NCBI GenBank assembly: GCA_045810085.1
Contig: JBJMWN010000346.1
Location: forward strand, 1-57,812
From: Povalibacter sp.
GTDB taxonomy: Bacteria > Pseudomonadota > Gammaproteobacteria > Steroidobacterales > Steroidobacteraceae
DNA: 57,812 nucleotides
Reading direction: 5' to 3'
Below the pieces are notes generated by a model. That model saw only the letters and a list, made by a program, of their open reading frames with translations, had not been told where the DNA came from and searched no databases. Both the position numbers and the translations under genes were made by a program. Below, in pieces: positions 40,044 through 49,578 of this stretch. The stretch's first letter is position 1; each line of letters opens with the position of its first letter.

Positions 40044-41084
40044 TTACTGCACTGTCACGCGGAAGATGACCAATGAGGTGCTCGCCGCCGCCACACTGGG
40101 CACCGTGACTGCAATGCTCGTCGCAGGAGATCCAATAGCCTGACCTCCATCCGCGTCGGCGGCATCGCTGAGCGGCGTGGCATCGCGCCGCAGACTTCCC
40201 GCAACGTAAGCTGTGTTGGCGGGAATCGAGTCGGTCACGCTGAGGCTCGTCGCCGCCACCGCTCCCGTGTTCTGAATGCTGATCGTGTATTCCACGACCG
40301 CACCGGGAATCGCTATCGGATTCGTCGTGAGATTGAGAGGATCCGAGATCACTGACACCGTCTTGGTCACGTTGAGCGACGCAGACTGGATCTTGTATTG
40401 GCTATCTGCCGTCTCGCTTGCATCGCGGCCCGCGTCCGCAAACACAATATCGACTCCGGCCGTGTCGCCGCCGGGCGCCGCAATCGCCAGGGTTGCACCC
40501 GTGCTGCCGGCAGTTGCAGCCTGTGCCTGCAGGCGAATGCTGGCGAACTGACCGTTCGTAGCGCCTGCTGGAATATTCGCAAGCACGAACACCTTCACGG
40601 GCGTAGGTAATGCAGCCGGAGCCACGTCGCCGAGATTGCCGATCTGGTCGATACCGGCGTCGTAACTACCGTTGCCGTTCGTGTCGGCAGCCGTTGAGAG
40701 CACAAGACCGTTCAGGGTATCGGGATTGCTGAACACAGGAACTCCGTTCAGATCTGTCGCGGTCAAGCGATAGCTCTGTGTAAAGTTACCGGTGTTGGTC
40801 ACCGTGAACGTTGCAACCACGGCTTGCTGGTTTGGAAACGCGACCACGGGTGCGGTGTCGAGAGCCGTCACGGTCAAGTCGATCTTGTTGTCGACGACGA
40901 ATGTTGCGACCGAACTCGTGATCGGTGTCTGCGAGACGCCGCCCACGCTATAGCTCACGGAAGCCTGATTGTTGATGCTCGTTCCCGCAGGGGTGCCCAC
41001 TGCGCCGGCGTTTTGATAGGCGCCGAACGACGAGATCATCATCAATGCGAGGCTGCCCTTGAGCAGGTGCCTTGCGATAGTCAT
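40044..41084 (-). CDS. Secreted DUF11-domain protein (candidate major fibre subunit)
   Basis: Signal peptide, N-terminal GTPAGTSINNQASVSY, C-terminal LNVTK..AIPGAVVEYTI.I.N.G..DSIP..FRVTVQ. Confidence 0.85.
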   Translation of the reverse strand: MTIARHLLKGSLALMMISSFGAYQNAGAVGTPAGTSINNQASVSYSVGGVSQTPITSSVATFVVDNKIDLTVTALDTAPVVAFPNQQAVVATFTVTNTGNFTQSYRLTATDLNGVPVFSNPDTLNGLVLSTAADTNGNGSYDAGIDQIGNLGDVAPAALPTPVKVFVLANIPAGATNGQFASIRLQAQAATAGSTGATLAIAAPGGDTAGVDIVFADAGRDASETADSQYKIQSASLNVTKTVSVISDPLNLTTNPIAIPGAVVEYTISIQNTGAVAATSLSVTDSIPANTAYVAGSLRRDATPLSDAADADGGQAIGSPATSIAVTVPSVAAASTSLVIFRVTVQ

Positions 41085-41172
41085 TTCAACTCTCCTTTGC
41101 TGCTACGAATGGCAAGCCAGTCAGTGAATCCGCCGCGCTCTTGCCAGACGCGAGCGATGAATCGAGAAAGCT

Positions 41173-41682
41173 TCAATTGAGCGTTGCGCGATAGCGCACG
41201 AACGCGGTCGCCCCCGGTGCGAAGGCGGTTGTGTAGGTCCAACGGATCTGCCGAACAGCGTCTGCAGTGACGACATGCGAGCCGTCCGGCATGTGCGCAG
41301 CCAGCTCAGATAGCGATGCGAACTCGCGGCCGTCGAGGGAATAGGTGATGGCAGCGCCGATCCCCATCGCGGAATTCGCGACGTAGCTCATGTGCTCAGG
41401 AACCGGGTTGGCAACCACGACGTGCTCGATCGATGTCGCGCACACATTCTTCGCAGTCAGCGTCCATACGACCTCATCGCCGGGGACCGCACGCGTCACC
41501 GGAACCAGGCGGGTCGCGGCCTGGCCTTGCTCGTTCACATACTGTTGCGGCGCCTCAGCGACCGTTGTGAGCTCGATGCAGTTCTTGTCTTCTGCGAATG
41601 CGCTCACGAAGCTGAGCAGTGCAGTAATTCCCAACACTAGTCTTGCTGCGGTCTGCAGCGTGTCACGCGTAGCTTTGTTCAT
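41173..41682 (-). CDS. Secreted single DUF11-like domain protein
   Basis: RBS GAAGGGGAAGG before ATG 41682; signal peptide; AVPGDEVVWTL...NPVPEHMSYV...YRATLN. Confidence 0.82.
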   Translation of the reverse strand: MNKATRDTLQTAARLVLGITALLSFVSAFAEDKNCIELTTVAEAPQQYVNEQGQAATRLVPVTRAVPGDEVVWTLTAKNVCATSIEHVVVANPVPEHMSYVANSAMGIGAAITYSLDGREFASLSELAAHMPDGSHVVTADAVRQIRWTYTTAFAPGATAFVRYRATLN

Positions 41683-41699
41683 AGCCTTCCCCTTCGATG

Positions 41700-42683
41700 T
41701 CAATTGATGGTCACGGCGAAACTGATCGTTTGCGGTCCAGCCGCTTGCGTCAGATCGCCAAGTTGAATGCGCACTTGTGGCGCGGGTGTGGAGACGAGTT
41801 CGCCAACATCCGCGTCAGCGAGATCGGAAAGTGATGCGCCGTTGAGCTGGAGCGAGCCGGCGACGTATGAAGTGTTTGCAGGGATGCTGTCGCTGAAAAC
41901 TGCCGCAGGAGCCGTGCCTGAACCCGCGACGGCGACGATCACTTGATAGTTGATTCGTGCGCCAGGTACAGCACGTGTGCCACCGAATGAATCCACGATC
42001 GTTTGTGTCTTGACTGCGCTCAGCTGCAATCCCGCAACGATGTATTCGCCGAATTGCGTACGACTAGCGCCGCTCGTTCCGGTCACGGCATCGAGACCGC
42101 CATCGCCCTGGCCTGCGAACACTGTGCCTGCAGTGCCACTGCCCGTTCGTGCTGTTGCCGTAAGCTGGGTACGACCGTGCGCACCATCTGCCACGACGGC
42201 AGGAATGTTGTTGAGGACGAGCACGCGCACATTCGCATCGGGTGCGAGCGCGGGATCGTTGCTGCCGGGCACGTAGGCGATATCGGCAGCCGAAAAATCG
42301 TTGCTGTTGTCCGAATCGAAATAGATTGCGGTGCTCGCGAGCTGCGGATCGAAGTCATCGCCCGTGACGCCAGCGCTGAGCGCGGTCAATGGAAATGCTT
42401 CGTTGCCGTTGCCGGTGTTGGTTACTGTGAACAGCAACGCTTGCTGAGCGGCGCCTGGAGAAACTGTCTTGGTGCTGCCGACTGTGACCACTACATCAAG
42501 AATCTCGGCAACGATGACGGTCACCGTGTTGGACGATGTGCTCTGCGACGAGCCGCCCAACGTGTAAGTCACCTGTGCAGTGCTGGGAATACTCGTGCCC
42601 GCGGGCGTGCCCGCTGCACGGGCTGTCGCGCTCGCAAGCATTGCGAGCAACACCAACCACACCATGGAAACCGATCGAACCAC
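41700..42683 (-). CDS. Secreted DUF11-domain protein (candidate minor subunit)
   Basis: Signal peptide, AGTPAGTSIPSTAQVTY, VTNTGNG.E, LSAVK..VPGARINY..DSIP..FAVTIN. Confidence 0.85.
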   Translation of the reverse strand: MVRSVSMVWLVLLAMLASATARAAGTPAGTSIPSTAQVTYTLGGSSQSTSSNTVTVIVAEILDVVVTVGSTKTVSPGAAQQALLFTVTNTGNGNEAFPLTALSAGVTGDDFDPQLASTAIYFDSDNSNDFSAADIAYVPGSNDPALAPDANVRVLVLNNIPAVVADGAHGRTQLTATARTGSGTAGTVFAGQGDGGLDAVTGTSGASRTQFGEYIVAGLQLSAVKTQTIVDSFGGTRAVPGARINYQVIVAVAGSGTAPAAVFSDSIPANTSYVAGSLQLNGASLSDLADADVGELVSTPAPQVRIQLGDLTQAAGPQTISFAVTIN

Positions 42684-42824
42684 CCCATCCTCCCCCTGAG
42701 CCGAAGGGAATCAGCCAGTGCGAAGGCGGGTTGGATTCGTCAGGTTTTGTCAGTCCTCACCCCTTCCCATCGCACAGGTATTTCCCTAACCAGTTGCGAT
42801 TCTTGTAGGTGAGGAAGAGTGGTT

Positions 42825-42840
42825 CGTGAGACAGGTCGCA
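42825..42840. promoter_or_regulatory. CRP/Clp-like site
   Basis: CGTGA-N6-TCGCA in the divergent promoter region of the DUF11 locus. Confidence 0.4.
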
Positions 42841-43187
42841 GTTTGTTTTCCGTGGCCTCAAGTTCTTGAACAAAATGCCGACACCATCGCGCTTTGCATG
42901 CCATTTGACAGTGTCACTGCGAACGAGCGACGCGCGTTTCGAGAACTGCTTCTCAGCAGGATCTGTGGATCACGCACGGCAACGCGCGTGATGTGTGCAC
43001 ATGAGACATAAGCGCGACGGACTTCCGGCGCTTTGTGCACGCAAGCAGCTGAATGGGTAGCACCGGGACGCGGATCTCACGTTTGAGCACACCCCGACAT
43101 AAGCACGTCAAATTGTGATCGGCTCGCAGGGTGATCAGTATTTCCCTTAACTAGGCTGCCCGGCATCTCAAATGCCCGGCACGCACC

Positions 43188-45758
43188 TTGTCTTTATCGC
43201 CCGCAATTTGTCGCTTACGAAAACTCGCTCTTCTGAGCGGCGCTTTCTTCGTGCTCGACGCGAGCGCCGCGACGATCAACGGCCGCGTATTCGAGGACGT
43301 GAATTACGGAGGTGGCGCGGGTCGCTCGTTCGCTGCAGCGAGTGGCATAGGCATAGCGAATGTCACCATCGAGATCTACCAGGGCAACACGTATGTCACG
43401 AGCCTCACGACATCCGCGGGCGGCGTTTTCAGCTACACATACGGGGGCAATGGCGCACGTACGTTGCGAGTGGTGAATGGCACTGTGCGTTCGTCGCGCA
43501 ATTCCGGATGCACGACCTGTGTCCCTGTTCAGACGTATCGCACCACCGGTTCGGGCGATACAGCACTCGCCGTGACCGATCATGTCGGCGGTGAAAATCC
43601 CGCACTGAACGATGCTGCCGCGAATTCCGGCTCATCCAGTTTATCGTCGCTTGCAAACGGCACCCGCACTCCCCAAAGCATCGCGACGTTCGTTCCGACC
43701 ACCAATGGCAGCGTCATCAACAATGCCGACTTCGGATTCAACTTCGACACGATCGTCACCACGCGCGACGACACGAATTGCACGCCCTCAGGCACTGGCA
43801 ACAGCTACTTTCCGTGCCAGGGCACGCTGCGACAATTCATCATCAATTCGAATGCGCTGACCAGCTCAATTTCACAGTCGGGCTCCGGCATGATCGATGG
43901 GTCGACGACCAGCCTGCCCTTTGGTCCCGAGAGCAGCATTTTTATGATTCCCGATGGCACGGTGAATCCAGGTCAGGGGTCGTACGCGTCACAACTCACG
44001 GGTGGCATTGCCGTGATCACGCTTGCAGGTGACTTGCCCCAGATCACGGATGCAAGCACGCGCTTGGACGCGACCACTCAGACAGTGAATGTCGGCAACA
44101 CGAACACAGGCACTTTCGGATCGGGTGGTACGGTCGGTGCGCTGGGTACCTTCTTCCCGCAACTGCAGCGGCCTGAAGTTCAGGTGTCAGCCGCTGGAAC
44201 GAGCACGACACAGCTGACGCTTTCAGGAAGTTCGCAGACGGTGATCGGATTCTCGCTGCCTCGCGCCACACTCACGTTTTCAGGTTCCACTCCTGTTGCC
44301 CGCAATAATCTGATCGGCGTGCGCGCGAATGGGACGGGTGATTCCGGCACCGGCATGGGCATCGTGTTTACTGGATCCAACGCGCTCATCCAGGCTAACT
44401 ACGTCGCCGCGAACAATTCCGGCATTCGAGGCAACAGCCCGGGCGCGGGCGCGACCATCAGCTTCAATGAAGTGGTCCGCTCATCCACGACACCGACCGA
44501 TACGTTCGACGGAATTTTGTTGATCGGCTCCGCGAGCAGCGTACGCATTGAGAACAATCTGACCCGCAATCAGGCGGGCGCGGGAATCGAGCTCGGCTTC
44601 GAGGGCGGCGCGATGAGCAACGTCGTGATCACGAACAACACGGTTCGCAGCAACGGTTTCGGCGGATCGGGCCTGGCTGCCAGTGCCGAACCCGCCGGTA
44701 TTGCCGCGTGGAATTACACCGGGAGCGGCGTTGAGATTTCCCTTAATCGTATCGAGAACAACGCTGGACCCGGAGTCACGCTGAGTGCGGTAACCGGAAC
44801 GCGCATCACCCAGAACAGTTTCAGCAGCAACGGCGGACTCGCCATCGATCTCTACCCGACCAGCGTCGATCCAAACACTATGGGCTCAGGCAATGGTCCG
44901 ACACTCAACGACACTAACGATGCAGACACGGGTGCGAATGGACTACTGAACTTCCCCGTCATTTCTGCCGCAACGATTGCGAACGGTGAGTTTTCGGTCG
45001 CAGGCTTCGCGCGACCTGGAAGTGTGATCGAGCTGTTCATCGCGCAGAGCGATCCCAGCGGATTCGGTGAAGGACTCACGTACATCGGAGCTTTCACCGA
45101 AGGCGTTGCCGATCTGGACAACACGACCGCTACCTACTCAGGCGCGATCAACGGCATCAATCAGGGCACGGACAACACGAATCGCTTTCTATTTCGCGGC
45201 GCTGTTCCGGCAGGCGTCGCCGCCAACGTGTTGATCACGAGCACCGCGACGTTGAGCGGTCAGACATCGGAGTTCGGCGGCAACGTGACCGTAACGGGCG
45301 GCCCGAATCTGCTCCACACGAAAAGCGTCAAGGTGGAATCGGATCCCCTCAACAATGCTCTCAATCCCAAGAGCATTCCCGGATCGATTCAGCTGTACAC
45401 GGTGCGAGTCGCGAATCAGGGCGCAGGCACCGTCGACAACAACAGCCTGCAGATCATCGACTCCATTCCAACAGACACCATCCTGTGCAATCTGGCGAGC
45501 ATTCCTGTGACTTTCCTCGACGGCACGCCTGCGAGCGGGCTTGCGTTCACGTTCACCTCGTTGAATAACACGACCGATGACGTGGACTTTTCCAACACGG
45601 CAAGCGGCTCACCGACATGGACGTACACACCAAGTCCGACCGCAGGCTGCGATGCAAATGTCCGCGCCATTCGGATCCGTCCACACGGCGTCATGGCTGG
45701 ATCAGGGGCGACGGGTAATCCCTACTTCGACGTGCAGTTCAGAGTCAAAGTGAACTGA
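43188..45758 (+). CDS. Secreted beta-helix protein with a C-terminal DUF11-like domain (candidate tip adhesin)
   Basis: Signal peptide, GRVFED.N (SdrD-B-like), LRQFI.N.N, parallel beta-helix repeats (I.NN....N.G.GI), N.GLAIDL, C-terminal LLHTK..SIPG...Y...N.G..DSIP..FRVKVN. Confidence 0.85.
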   Translation: MSLSPAICRLRKLALLSGAFFVLDASAATINGRVFEDVNYGGGAGRSFAAASGIGIANVTIEIYQGNTYVTSLTTSAGGVFSYTYGGNGARTLRVVNGTVRSSRNSGCTTCVPVQTYRTTGSGDTALAVTDHVGGENPALNDAAANSGSSSLSSLANGTRTPQSIATFVPTTNGSVINNADFGFNFDTIVTTRDDTNCTPSGTGNSYFPCQGTLRQFIINSNALTSSISQSGSGMIDGSTTSLPFGPESSIFMIPDGTVNPGQGSYASQLTGGIAVITLAGDLPQITDASTRLDATTQTVNVGNTNTGTFGSGGTVGALGTFFPQLQRPEVQVSAAGTSTTQLTLSGSSQTVIGFSLPRATLTFSGSTPVARNNLIGVRANGTGDSGTGMGIVFTGSNALIQANYVAANNSGIRGNSPGAGATISFNEVVRSSTTPTDTFDGILLIGSASSVRIENNLTRNQAGAGIELGFEGGAMSNVVITNNTVRSNGFGGSGLAASAEPAGIAAWNYTGSGVEISLNRIENNAGPGVTLSAVTGTRITQNSFSSNGGLAIDLYPTSVDPNTMGSGNGPTLNDTNDADTGANGLLNFPVISAATIANGEFSVAGFARPGSVIELFIAQSDPSGFGEGLTYIGAFTEGVADLDNTTATYSGAINGINQGTDNTNRFLFRGAVPAGVAANVLITSTATLSGQTSEFGGNVTVTGGPNLLHTKSVKVESDPLNNALNPKSIPGSIQLYTVRVANQGAGTVDNNSLQIIDSIPTDTILCNLASIPVTFLDGTPASGLAFTFTSLNNTTDDVDFSNTASGSPTWTYTPSPTAGCDANVRAIRIRPHGVMAGSGATGNPYFDVQFRVKVN

Positions 45759-45906
45759 GCCTCTCTGCCTTCGATCGCTCCGTCAGTAGATTCCACTTTT
45801 TGCCGTCCTTCCCCTATCGCACCGCGGGGTATAGGCTTGCGTCGCGTATTCGATGCGATGTCAACGAACATCGCACGCTTGCAGATCGATAGGGGGCTAC
45901 GTAGCG

Positions 45907-47727
45907 GTGGAATCGACCGATACTCGAGATCCTGATTACTATCATCGCGTTGTCGATTGCCAGTGGGCATGCCCTGCTCACACCGACGTTCCCGAATACA
46001 TCAGGCTCATCGCACAGGGGAAATTCACGGAGGCCTACATGGTCAACCGTGAGTCCAATGTCTTTCCAGGCATTCTAGGCCGCGTCTGCGATCGCCCATG
46101 CGAGCCTGCGTGTCGTCGCGGCCGCGTCGAAGACAAGCCCGTCGCAATCTGTCGATTGAAACGCGTCGCTGCGGATCTGCGCGACGATGTGACTGCATTG
46201 CTCCCACGCGTGCCTTCCCAGAAGAACGGCAAACGAATCGCGTGCATCGGCGCGGGACCCGCGTCGCTCACCGTGGCTAACGATCTCATGCCGCTCGGTT
46301 ACGAAGTCACCGTATTCGAGAAATGGGATACCCCGGGTGGGCTGATGCGAACGAACATTCCTTCGTTCCGTTTACCCGCGAACGTGTTGTCTGAAGAAAT
46401 CAGTTACATCGTGAACATGGGCGTCGACCTGCGACTCGGAACGCCAGTCACGAGCCTCAAACAGTTGCTGGATTCAGATCACTTCGACGCTGTGTTCGTG
46501 GGAAGCGGCGCACCCAAAGGCAAAGATCTGGATTTGCCAGGCCGACATGAAACCTCGCAGGTGCGCGAGCATATTCATATCGGAATCGACTGGCTCGAGT
46601 CGGTCGCATTCGAACATATCAAGAGCATTGGCCAGCGCGTGCTCATTATCGGCGTCGGCAACACTGCGATGGATTGTTGTCGAAGCTCGCTGCGCCTTGG
46701 CGCTACCGACGTCAAAGTGATGGCTCGCAAGCCTCGCAACTTCTTCAAGGCCTCTGAGTGGGAGCTCGAAGATGCGGAAGCTGAGAATGTGGAGATCGTC
46801 ATCAATCACGTGCCGAAGGCTTTCGTCGTGCAGGACGGGAAACTCGTCGGCATGCGATTCGATCGCATGGAATACGCCTTGTCCGGAGATCGCATCCTGA
46901 GCGAGCGCGTGATCGATGAAGTCACGCTGCCCTGTGATGATGTGATTCTGGCCATTGGCCAGGAGAATGCGTTCCCCTGGATCGAAGACGATCTCGGAAT
47001 TGAATTCGATCGCTGGCGCGTTCCCAAGGTGGACACGCTCACGTTTCAATCGACACGTCCTGAGGTTTTTTTCGGTGGTGACTCGGCCTTTGGTCCCAAG
47101 AACATCATCTGGGCTGTCGAGCATGGACATCAGGCAGCAATTTCCCTGCATCGATACCTCCAGGGAAAATCGTTGCAGGAACGACTGCCACCGACACTCA
47201 ATCTGTCGAGTCGCAAGATGGGCTTGCACGAGTGGTCGTACAAGAACGACTACAACCCGGTCGAGCGGCGGTTGATGCCGCACGTGGCGCTGCGCGAGCG
47301 CTTCAAAAAGATCAACATCGAAGTGGAGCTCGGCTTCACCGCGGAGCAGGCAGAGGCGGAGGTTCAACGCTGCCTCAACTGCGATGTGCAGACCGTATTC
47401 GAGGCGAAGCTCTGCATCGAATGCGACGCCTGCATCGACATCTGCCCGGTCGACTGCCTGACGATGACCATGAATCGTCCCGAAGAAGAATTGCGCCTGC
47501 ACCTCAAGGCACCGGCACGTAACCCGAAGCAGCCGCTCTTCGTATCCACACCGCTGAAACACACCGCTCGCGTCATGGTCAAAGACGAAGACGTGTGTGT
47601 GCATTGCGGCTTGTGTGCGGAGCGCTGCCCCACTGCTGCCTGGGATATGCAGAAGTCGACAATCACGATTCCGCACGCGAGCGACGAGACACCATGCTCA
47701 ATTCCGCAGACGATCAAGATCGCCTGA
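45907..47727 (+). CDS. GltD/DPD-like FAD/NADPH oxidoreductase with C-terminal 2x[4Fe-4S] ferredoxin motifs
   Basis: CQWACPAH, GRVCDRPCEPAC, GAGPA, G.GNTAMD, CIECDACIDICP, CVHCGLCAERCP; likely GTG start at 45907. Confidence 0.93.
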   Translation: MESTDTRDPDYYHRVVDCQWACPAHTDVPEYIRLIAQGKFTEAYMVNRESNVFPGILGRVCDRPCEPACRRGRVEDKPVAICRLKRVAADLRDDVTALLPRVPSQKNGKRIACIGAGPASLTVANDLMPLGYEVTVFEKWDTPGGLMRTNIPSFRLPANVLSEEISYIVNMGVDLRLGTPVTSLKQLLDSDHFDAVFVGSGAPKGKDLDLPGRHETSQVREHIHIGIDWLESVAFEHIKSIGQRVLIIGVGNTAMDCCRSSLRLGATDVKVMARKPRNFFKASEWELEDAEAENVEIVINHVPKAFVVQDGKLVGMRFDRMEYALSGDRILSERVIDEVTLPCDDVILAIGQENAFPWIEDDLGIEFDRWRVPKVDTLTFQSTRPEVFFGGDSAFGPKNIIWAVEHGHQAAISLHRYLQGKSLQERLPPTLNLSSRKMGLHEWSYKNDYNPVERRLMPHVALRERFKKINIEVELGFTAEQAEAEVQRCLNCDVQTVFEAKLCIECDACIDICPVDCLTMTMNRPEEELRLHLKAPARNPKQPLFVSTPLKHTARVMVKDEDVCVHCGLCAERCPTAAWDMQKSTITIPHASDETPCSIPQTIKIA

Positions 47728-49526
47728 ACGATTTCGTCGTCAAGCTCGCCAACGTCAATGGAACGGGATCGGCCAGCGCAAACACGCTGCTGATGAAATC
47801 CATTTTCCGGATGGGCGTGCCCGTGATGGGCAAGAACTACTTTCCCTCGAACATCCAGGGCCTGCCGACCTGGTATGAGATTCGCGTGACCCGCGATGGT
47901 TACGTCGCACGCTCGGGTCGCGTCGACATGATGGTGGCGATGAATGCCGAGACGTATGCGCGCGATGTGCGAGAGGTCAGTGCAGGCGGTTATCTGCTGT
48001 ACGACTCGAGCTGGCCGCGTCCGACGCTGCTCAAGCGCGATGACATCACGATCCTCGGCGTACCACTTGCGCGCATGTGCAACGACACCTTCAAAGGCGT
48101 GCGCGCGCGAATTCTGCTCAAGAACATCATGTACTCAGGTGTGCTGGCAGCACTGCTGGACATCGATCTGAGCGTAATGCGTGCGCTTCTTGGCGAGAGT
48201 TACGCAAGCAAGAAAGCATTGCTCGACTCCAACGTGCAGGCGCTCGAGATCGGCTACAACTACGCGCGCGAGCATTTCCAATGTCCGCTGCCGATTCGTG
48301 TTGCCTCCATGGACAAGACGTCCAATCACATCCTGATCGACGGCAACACCTCGGCAGCACTCGGTTGCCTGTATGCGGGTGCGACCGTTGGCGCCTGGTA
48401 TCCGATCACGCCTTCGACCTCGCTGATGGATGCGTTCAAGGGGTTTTGTCAGAAATGGCGCGTCGATCCAGCAACGGGCGAGAACAACTACGCCATCGTC
48501 CAGGCTGAAGATGAGCTCTCTGCGATTGGTGCAGTGATCGGCGCGTCGTGGAACGGTGCGCGCTCGTTCACACCCACGAGTGGACCCGGCATTTCGCTGA
48601 TGAATGAATTTATTGGGCTGGCCTACTACGCAGAGATTCCCGCTGTGATTTTCGATATTCAGCGTGTAGGACCCTCGACCGGCATGCCGACCCGCACGCA
48701 GCAAGGCGATGTGATGCTCGCCGCGTACGCCTCGCACGGCGATACGCGCCACGTGCTGCTGTTTCCTGCGAATCCGGAGGAATGCTTCCACATGGCCGTG
48801 CAAGCCTTCGATCTGTCCGAGCGACTGCAAACGCCCGTGTTCGTGATGTCGGATCTCGACATCGGCATGAACGATTGGATGTGTCCCATTCTGAAATGGG
48901 ACGATCGCTATCAACCCGATCGCGGCAAGGTGCTCAGCAAGGAGCAGATCGAGAAGCTCACGAAATTCCATCGCTATCTGGATCTCGATGAGGATGCGAT
49001 TCCGTATCGAACGCTTCCGGGCGTTCATCCCAAAGGCGCCTATTTCACCCGCGGGTCCGGACACAATCAGTACGGCGGCTACACCGAGGATTCGACCGAG
49101 TATCAGATCGTCCTCGATCGTTTGAAGCGCAAGTTTGATCGTGCGAAGTCCCTGGTTCCTGCTGCGGTGATCGAGTCCAACGGCAACACCGCGGCGCTCA
49201 TTTCGTACGGCAGCAGCGATGGTGCCGTGCACGAGGCGCTCGATATTCTGAAACGTCGTGGCGTTCAGCTCGATTACATGCGCATCCGCGCGTTCCCCTT
49301 TGGGCAGGACGTCGAACGTTTCCTCGCCTCGCACTCGATCATCTTCGTGGTCGAGCAGAACCGTGATGCTCAACTTCGCAGCCTGCTTACGCTGGAAACG
49401 GCCGTCGAAAAATCTGTCCTGCGTTCGATCCTTCACTACAGCGGCCTGCCGATCTCCTCGAGCGCCATCGTGGAAGGCGTGCTGGGCGAAGTCGGGTCGG
49501 CGTCTTTGGCTCGCTCTGCTGTTTAG
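47694..49526 (+). CDS. 2-oxoacid:acceptor oxidoreductase, alpha subunit
   Basis: NVNGTGSASAN, FPSNIQG, YPITPS, QAEDE, TSGPG, QR.GPSTG.PT, VVEQN. Confidence 0.95.
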   Translation: MLNSADDQDRLNDFVVKLANVNGTGSASANTLLMKSIFRMGVPVMGKNYFPSNIQGLPTWYEIRVTRDGYVARSGRVDMMVAMNAETYARDVREVSAGGYLLYDSSWPRPTLLKRDDITILGVPLARMCNDTFKGVRARILLKNIMYSGVLAALLDIDLSVMRALLGESYASKKALLDSNVQALEIGYNYAREHFQCPLPIRVASMDKTSNHILIDGNTSAALGCLYAGATVGAWYPITPSTSLMDAFKGFCQKWRVDPATGENNYAIVQAEDELSAIGAVIGASWNGARSFTPTSGPGISLMNEFIGLAYYAEIPAVIFDIQRVGPSTGMPTRTQQGDVMLAAYASHGDTRHVLLFPANPEECFHMAVQAFDLSERLQTPVFVMSDLDIGMNDWMCPILKWDDRYQPDRGKVLSKEQIEKLTKFHRYLDLDEDAIPYRTLPGVHPKGAYFTRGSGHNQYGGYTEDSTEYQIVLDRLKRKFDRAKSLVPAAVIESNGNTAALISYGSSDGAVHEALDILKRRGVQLDYMRIRAFPFGQDVERFLASHSIIFVVEQNRDAQLRSLLTLETAVEKSVLRSILHYSGLPISSSAIVEGVLGEVGSASLARSAV

Positions 49527-49578
49527 AGCGAAGCAGAAGCAGCATCTTTTTTGTCGCTAATCCTCGGATCGAAATCTC

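Noticed and set aside
42684-43187. Cyclic-dinucleotide (GEMM) riboswitch upstream of the DUF11 operon
   Set aside because: I could not find the GCAAA..GAAA..CGCAAAG core on either strand; an Infernal/Rfam scan would settle it.
34064-45758. Classical chaperone-usher, curli or type IV pilus assignment
   Set aside because: No PapD/PapC motifs, curlin repeats or prepilin cleavage motifs were seen.
46474-49436. 400-aa and 433-aa - strand ORFs
   Set aside because: Antisense to the well-supported oxidoreductase genes.
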